Shown: piece after piece, positions 59,678 to 64,000 of the stretch | How positions within the stretch are numbered: position 1 is the first letter of the stretch | How the letters are laid out: each line of letters opens with the position of its first letter | Assembly (NCBI RefSeq): GCF_946221635.1 | Contig: NZ_CAMIHB010000006.1 | Span: forward strand, 3,522 to 67,521 | Direction: 5' to 3' | From: an uncultured Rhodoferax sp. | GTDB lineage: Bacteria; Pseudomonadota; Gammaproteobacteria; Burkholderiales; Burkholderiaceae_C | DNA: 64,000 bases | The notes under the pieces: generated by a model | Told to the model about the DNA's origin: nothing | What the model saw: the letters and a program-made list of their open reading frames with translations, nothing else | The model's database searches: none | Position numbers and translations under genes: made by a program

Positions 59678-60856
59678 ATGCCCCAAGTCCCCTCCACCCA
59701 TTGGCCACGCGTTCTCGTGCTGTGGCTGTGCGGCATCCTCGCCGCCCTGCAATTCGCCAAGATCGCCGTCGCGTTTGGCGAGCTGCAAGCCCATTACGCC
59801 ACCAGCGCTGCCAGCGTGGGCTGGGTGCTGTCCACCGTGGGCCTGGTGGGGCTGTTGCTGGGCGTGACCATGGGGCTGTTGGCGCCCCTGTTGGGGTACC
59901 GGCGCCTGCTGCTGGCGGGCTTGCTGCTTGGAGCCGGCGTGGCCCTGCTGCAAAGCCGTTTGCTGCCGCTGCCCTGGTTCTGGGCCAGCCGGGTCCTGGA
60001 AGGGGCCTCCCATCTGGCGGTGGTGGTGGCCGCGCCTACCTTGATGGCTGCGAGCGCCGCGCCGCAGCAGCGTTCCATCGTCATGGGCCTGTGGAGTACC
60101 TTTGTGGGCGTCGCTTTTGCGCTTGCGGGGGCTTTCGGGCCCCTCTTTATCCAGTCCTTGGGACTCGCTGCGCTGTTTACCGTCCATGGGATCGGACTGT
60201 TTGCGGCCGCGCTGGCCGTGGCCACGCTCTTGCCTGCAGACGCGCCGAGTGTGCTGGGCAAGATGTCCGGCCCGGCCCTGTTGCGCAAGCATGTGCAGAT
60301 CTACACCCAGGGCACCACGGCCTTGCCCGGCCTGTGCTTCTTCTGCTACACGGCCATGGCCGTTGCCCTGATGACCTTCTTGCCCCGTCAGGCCGGGGCA
60401 GACCGTGCCTGGTTGGCCAGCACGCTGCCGCTGCTGGGGGTGTGCGGCACCTTTTGCGCAGGCTGGTTGGCCCAGGCCTGGCTGGCCCCACTGCGCCTGG
60501 CCCGCCTGGCCTACGGCCTGGTGGCCCTCTGTGCACTGGGCTGGGGCCTGGGCCAGTGGGCCGGCATGGCGATCGCGCCGTTGTCACTGGCGCTGATGCT
60601 GGCGGCAGGCCTGGCCGGCGGCAGCTCTTTTGCGCTGATTCCGGCGCTGAATGAGGTCGTGGCCCAGCAGGCGCGGGCCAATGGTGCGGTGGCCCAGATG
60701 GGCAACCTGGGCTCGACCCTGGGCCCCCCGTGCTTTGCCGCCGCACTGAGCCAATGGGGGCCGCCGGGCCTGGTGCTGGGCGTCTTGCTGTGCGCCGGCC
60801 TGGGTACGGCATTGAGTTTCTGGGGTACGGCCCTGCAGCGGCGGGGCCAGGCATGA
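59678..60856 (+). CDS. MFS transporter
   Basis: The ~392 aa protein has 12 predicted TM segments. The start is the internal MPQVPSTHWPRV...; the upstream part of the track ORF overlaps the U32 peptidase gene on the other strand. Confidence 0.7.
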   Translation: MPQVPSTHWPRVLVLWLCGILAALQFAKIAVAFGELQAHYATSAASVGWVLSTVGLVGLLLGVTMGLLAPLLGYRRLLLAGLLLGAGVALLQSRLLPLPWFWASRVLEGASHLAVVVAAPTLMAASAAPQQRSIVMGLWSTFVGVAFALAGAFGPLFIQSLGLAALFTVHGIGLFAAALAVATLLPADAPSVLGKMSGPALLRKHVQIYTQGTTALPGLCFFCYTAMAVALMTFLPRQAGADRAWLASTLPLLGVCGTFCAGWLAQAWLAPLRLARLAYGLVALCALGWGLGQWAGMAIAPLSLALMLAAGLAGGSSFALIPALNEVVAQQARANGAVAQMGNLGSTLGPPCFAAALSQWGPPGLVLGVLLCAGLGTALSFWGTALQRRGQA

Positions 60857-61575
60857 GCAGCCGACGCCATACCGGGGTGGACGCATTGCGTGGCACGGCC
60901 ATGCTCTGGATGACGGCCTACCATTTCGCGTTCGACCTGAACCAGGCGGGCCTCATCCGGCAGGACTTTTACCGGGATCCGGTCTGGACCTGGCAGCGCA
61001 CCTGCATCCTCAGCCTCTTCCTGCTCTGTGCCGGTGCGGGGCAGGCACTGGCGGCGGTGCAGGGCCAGAGCTGGCCCCAGTTCTGGCGGCGCTGGGGCCA
61101 GATTGCGGGCTGCGCCCTGCTGGTGAGCGCCGGGTCGGCGCTGATGTTCCCCAAAAGCTATATCTACTTCGGGGTGCTGCATGGCATGGCGGTCATGCTG
61201 CTGATCGCCCGCCTGACCAGCCATTGGGGCGCCTGGCTCTGGCCTGCGGGTGGATTGGTGATTGCTACCAAATTCATAGCTGCTCGCGCAATGGATGCGG
61301 GGGCTATCAGCACTTTTTTCAATGAAAAACCGCTGAACTGGCTGGGGCTGGTCAACACCAAGCCCATCACCGAGGACTATGTGCCCCTGGTGCCCTGGCT
61401 GGGGGTGCTCTGGTGGGGCATGGCAGGCATGCAGTGGTGGCTGCGCCGGGCGCCAAGCTGGCAGCATGGGGAAGGGCGGTTGTGGCGGGCCTTGGCGGTG
61501 CTGGGGCGCTGGAGCCTGAGCTATTACATGCTGCACCAGCCGGTGCTGCTCGGCCTGCTCTGGTTGTTGGCCTAG
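60853..61575 (+). CDS. DUF1624 / heparan-alpha-glucosaminide N-acetyltransferase-like membrane protein
   Basis: The start MSSRRHTGVDALRGTAMLWMTAYHFAFDL overlaps the MFS stop as ATGA. Repeat copy E lies inside it. Confidence 0.6.
   Translation: MSSRRHTGVDALRGTAMLWMTAYHFAFDLNQAGLIRQDFYRDPVWTWQRTCILSLFLLCAGAGQALAAVQGQSWPQFWRRWGQIAGCALLVSAGSALMFPKSYIYFGVLHGMAVMLLIARLTSHWGAWLWPAGGLVIATKFIAARAMDAGAISTFFNEKPLNWLGLVNTKPITEDYVPLVPWLGVLWWGMAGMQWWLRRAPSWQHGEGRLWRALAVLGRWSLSYYMLHQPVLLGLLWLLA
61261..61329 (+). repeat. Mini-element copy E, inside the DUF1624 membrane protein gene
   Basis: ATTGCTACCAAATTCATAGCTGCTCGCGCAATGGATGCGGGGGCTATCAGCACTTTTTTCAATGAAAAACC. It is translated as FIAARAMDAGAISTFFNEKP. 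Confidence 0.7.
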
Positions 61576-62355
61576 TCAGCGCGGCGCGCGGCGCGGCTGC
61601 AGCAGGGTGCGGGCCTGTTCTTCATCGAGCAAGCGGGCCCGCAGTGCGGCAATGGCGCTGGCATGCAGCTGCGAGACCCGGGCCTCGCTCAGGCCGAGCT
61701 GGGCGCCGATCTCCCGCATCTTCTGCTCTTCCACGTAGTAGAGATTGAGCAGTTCCTGCACCTGAACACTCAGCGTGCGCAGGTTCTCTGCCAGAGCCTT
61801 GCGGAAGGCTGCCCGCTCCAGCAAGGCCAGTGGATCGGTGTCGGTGCCGGCGCACTGGTCCAGGTATTCCGCCAGGTCATCGCTGTGCTCCAGGTCATCC
61901 AGGGACACCAGCCAGTAGCCGTGGGCCTGTTGCAGCAGGCGGCGGTATTCGGCGATGGGCATGTCCATTGCCGAGGCCACCTCACCTTCGGACGGCGTGC
62001 GCCCCAGGCGGTGCCCCAGCTGCTGGATGGCCGATTCCACGCGCCGCATGGCATGGCGCACCTGCCGGGTGGCGGGGTCCATGGCGCGCAGACCGTCCAG
62101 CATGGCACCGCGGGCACGCTGGGCCAGGTAGGACTCGAACTCCACGCCGGAGGTCTCGCGCGTGGTGCGGATGATGGCATCGATGAGGCCCAGCAAACCG
62201 TCCTGCACCAGGTCATCGGTCAGCACATGTGGTGGAAGACCGTGGGCCATGGAGCGCGCGATCTTTCCCACCAGCGGGGCGTGCTGGGTCACCAGCCGCT
62301 GCTTGGCGGGATGGCTGATGTCCTCTTTGGTGGTCATGGCCCTTAGCGTAAGCAA
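61576..62355 (-). CDS. fliA: RNA polymerase sigma factor, FliA/sigma-28 family
   Basis: It has sigma-70 region 2 (DLVQDGLLGLIDAI), region 3 and region 4 (LNLYYVEEQKMREIGAQLGLSEARVSQL). The protein is ~250 aa. Confidence 0.7.
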   Translation of the reverse strand: MLTLRAMTTKEDISHPAKQRLVTQHAPLVGKIARSMAHGLPPHVLTDDLVQDGLLGLIDAIIRTTRETSGVEFESYLAQRARGAMLDGLRAMDPATRQVRHAMRRVESAIQQLGHRLGRTPSEGEVASAMDMPIAEYRRLLQQAHGYWLVSLDDLEHSDDLAEYLDQCAGTDTDPLALLERAAFRKALAENLRTLSVQVQELLNLYYVEEQKMREIGAQLGLSEARVSQLHASAIAALRARLLDEEQARTLLQPRRAPR

Positions 62356-62392
62356 AAAAAACGCGGCCTAAGCCGCGTTTTGTGCTGCGAAA
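62352..62392 (-). terminator. Rho-independent terminator downstream of the ppiC-like gene (hairpin AACGCGGCCTAAGCCGCGTT followed by a U-run on the minus strand)
   Basis: The plus strand reads GCAAAAAAAACGCGGCCTAAGCCGCGTTTTGTG. It lies between the ppiC stop (62431) and the fliA start. Confidence 0.8.
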
Positions 62393-62430
62393 CCCTGCCT
62401 ATTTTCATCAGTGCAGGGGCTCCAGTCTGT

Positions 62431-63213
62431 TTACTCCACCTTGGCCTTGGCGCGCAGGTCTTCCTGGAACTTGCCCAGCTTCTGCTGTTGCAGTTGCTGT
62501 GCGATCTGCGGCTTGACTTCCTCCAGCTTGGGGAACTGGGGCTCGCGCACGTCTTCCAGGCGGATGACGTGGTAACCGAACTGGGTCTTCACCGGTGTTT
62601 CGGTGGTCTTGCCCTTGGACAGGGCGACCAACGCGTCGGAGAATTCCTTCACGTAGTTGCTGGGGTTGGCCCAATCCAGGTCACCGCCATTGGCACCGGA
62701 GCCGGGGTCCTTGGACTGCTTCTTGGCGATGTCCTCGAACTTGGCGCCCTTCTTCAGGGAGGCGATGATGGCCTTGGCCTGGGCTTCGGTTTCCACCAGG
62801 ATGTGGCGGGCGCGGTATTCCTTGCCGGCGTTGGCAGAGGTGAACTTGTCGTACTCGGCCTTGATTTCCTCGTCGGTGACGGGGTTCTTCTTCTGGTAGT
62901 CGTTGAACAGCTCGCGGATCAGGATGGACTGGCGGGTCAACTCGACCTGGTTCTTGTAGTCGTCGGTAGCGTCCAGGCCGCGGGCCTGGGCTTCCTGGAC
63001 AAAGATCTCACGGGCAATGATCTCGTCCTTGAGCTGGGCCTGCATCTCGGGGGTGACAGGGCGGCCGGAACGCTTGATCTGTTCTGCCAGCGCATCCACA
63101 CGCGCCTTGGGGACGGCCTTGCCATTGACGATGGCGATGTTCTGGGCCATGGTGGCCGAGGCGGCGGACAGCAATGCGGCTGCGGCCAGGGCGCTCAAAA
63201 TGTGCTTCTTCAT
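62431..63213 (-). CDS. Periplasmic parvulin-type peptidyl-prolyl cis-trans isomerase
   Basis: It has a signal peptide (MKKHILSALAAAALLSAASATMA) and a PpiC domain (ARHILVETEAQAKAI...GGDLDW...FGYHVIRLEDV). Confidence 0.85.
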   Translation of the reverse strand: MKKHILSALAAAALLSAASATMAQNIAIVNGKAVPKARVDALAEQIKRSGRPVTPEMQAQLKDEIIAREIFVQEAQARGLDATDDYKNQVELTRQSILIRELFNDYQKKNPVTDEEIKAEYDKFTSANAGKEYRARHILVETEAQAKAIIASLKKGAKFEDIAKKQSKDPGSGANGGDLDWANPSNYVKEFSDALVALSKGKTTETPVKTQFGYHVIRLEDVREPQFPKLEEVKPQIAQQLQQQKLGKFQEDLRAKAKVE

Positions 63214-63239
63214 ACCGGTTCCTTGAGGGATGCTTGTAT

Positions 63240-63536
63240 TCATTGGGTGGGGGTGCTGCCAGAGGGCGCGTCTTCGGCCTCAATAGCCAGGGCATGGAGG
63301 CCCTGATCCATGAAATCTTGCAGCGCATCATACACAAGGCGATGGCGTGCCACGCGGCTCCTGGCTGTAAACAATTGTGAAGCGATGCGCACCCGGAAAT
63401 GGGTGCCGAAACCTGTGCCATTGGCACCGGCATGCCCCGCGTGCTGGTAGCTTTCGTCGATCACTTCCAACCGGCTGGGCGCCAGGCGCTCCCGCAGACG
63501 GGCCTCCAGTTGGGCGGCGGTGGGGCCCTGGCTCAT
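63240..63536 (-). CDS. BolA family protein
   Basis: The 98 aa protein from the internal Met ([18 protein letters not shown]...HFRVRIAS...) is BolA-like. The long upstream extension in the track is not coding. My coordinates near 63480 may be off by one nucleotide. Confidence 0.8.
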   Translation of the reverse strand: MSQGPTAAQLEARLRERLAPSRLEVIDESYQHAGHAGANGTGFGTHFRVRIASQLFTARSRVARHRLVYDALQDFMDQGLHALAIEAEDAPSGSTPTQ

Positions 63537-64000
63537 GGACTGTCCTTGCTGGCTTCGTCGGCTTTGAGGTGGGGGGCAATATAGATACCTTGGGCCACCA
63601 GAAAGGTCAGCGGGAACACATAGCCCCAGAGCTTGAAGTTCACCCAGTCTTCGGTGCTGTAGTACAGCACCACGTAGGCGTTGATGGCCGCCATGAACAA
63701 GGTGTAGAGCACCCAGGCCACGTTGAGGCGCTGCCAGACAGCGTCGGGCAGCTCCAGCTGGCTGCCCAGCAGCAGCTTGAGGAAGTTCTTCTTCATACCC
63801 CAGACCGCCACAGCCAGGGCAATGCCCATGAACGCGTACAGCACCGTGGGCTTCCATTTGATGAAGCGTTCATCGTGCAGGGCCAGCGTCAGCGCGCCAA
63901 AACCCAGAATCAGCGCCAGCGTGATCTTGTGCATGGTCTGCAGCTTGCGGTCCATGGCATAGATCACCGCCATCTGCAGCACCGTGGCGCCCATCAGCAC
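63533..64000 (-). CDS. yciB: Intracellular septation protein A (YciB/IspZ), 3' portion; the gene continues beyond the window
   Basis: The 155 aa visible part is a polytopic membrane protein with the typical YciB C-terminus. The start codon is outside the window. Confidence 0.8.
   Translation of the reverse strand: MLMGATVLQMAVIYAMDRKLQTMHKITLALILGFGALTLALHDERFIKWKPTVLYAFMGIALAVAVWGMKKNFLKLLLGSQLELPDAVWQRLNVAWVLYTLFMAAINAYVVLYYSTEDWVNFKLWGYVFPLTFLVAQGIYIAPHLKADEASKDSP

Noticed and set aside
63478-63484. Apparent 1-nt frame inconsistency when I hand-translated the bolA region (ccggctgggc|cgccaggcgc).
   Set aside because: The ORF track shows an uninterrupted ORF, so this is most likely my own transcription or counting slip. 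I do not treat it as a frameshift or pseudogene. Coordinates near here may be off by ±1.

Overview
This window is a high-GC (~65%) chromosomal segment with Burkholderiales-like synteny (purD-hemF-nadD-rsfS-rlmH-maf-rng; tolB-pal-ybgF; smc-zipA-ligA; dapC-dapD-pilT-like-dapE-prmB; glnD-map). It is almost entirely housekeeping genes. I see no transposases, integrases or CRISPR arrays. An ~11.6 kb LPS/surface-polysaccharide cluster (a double GT4 glycosyltransferase, an OafA-like acyltransferase, a WaaL-like ligase, msbA, a deacetylase and two GT2 genes) sits between rng and tolB, and part of it has lower GC. Two tandem tRNA-Lys genes (UUU and CUU) with a bidirectional terminator lie after tcdA.

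The most unusual signal is a family of short (~55-75 bp) AT-richer dispersed repeats. They share the core TAGCTGCTCGCGCA-N6-ACGGGGGCTANGGNC, flanked by two small hairpins (GCTA-N9-TAGC at the 5' end and TTTTG-N-CAAAA at the 3' end). I find 8 copies in 64 kb in both orientations. Seven are embedded in-frame inside intact conserved genes (nadD, maf, prmB, dapE, a DUF1624 membrane protein and purL twice) and one is intergenic. A separate in-frame 60 bp imperfect palindrome also lies in purL. This resembles Rickettsia-palindromic-element-style in-frame mini-elements, and I know of no described equivalent for this lineage.

Other oddities are an RsfS with a ~110 aa Lys/Ala/Pro-rich tail, a chemoreceptor with a C-terminal solute-binding-protein domain, two TAT-exported amidohydrolase-2 paralogues, and an orphan AbiEii/GSU2403-like nucleotidyltransferase whose start overlaps a perfect 12 bp inverted repeat.

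Many long ORFs in the six-frame track are antisense shadows typical of GC-rich DNA, and I ignore them.
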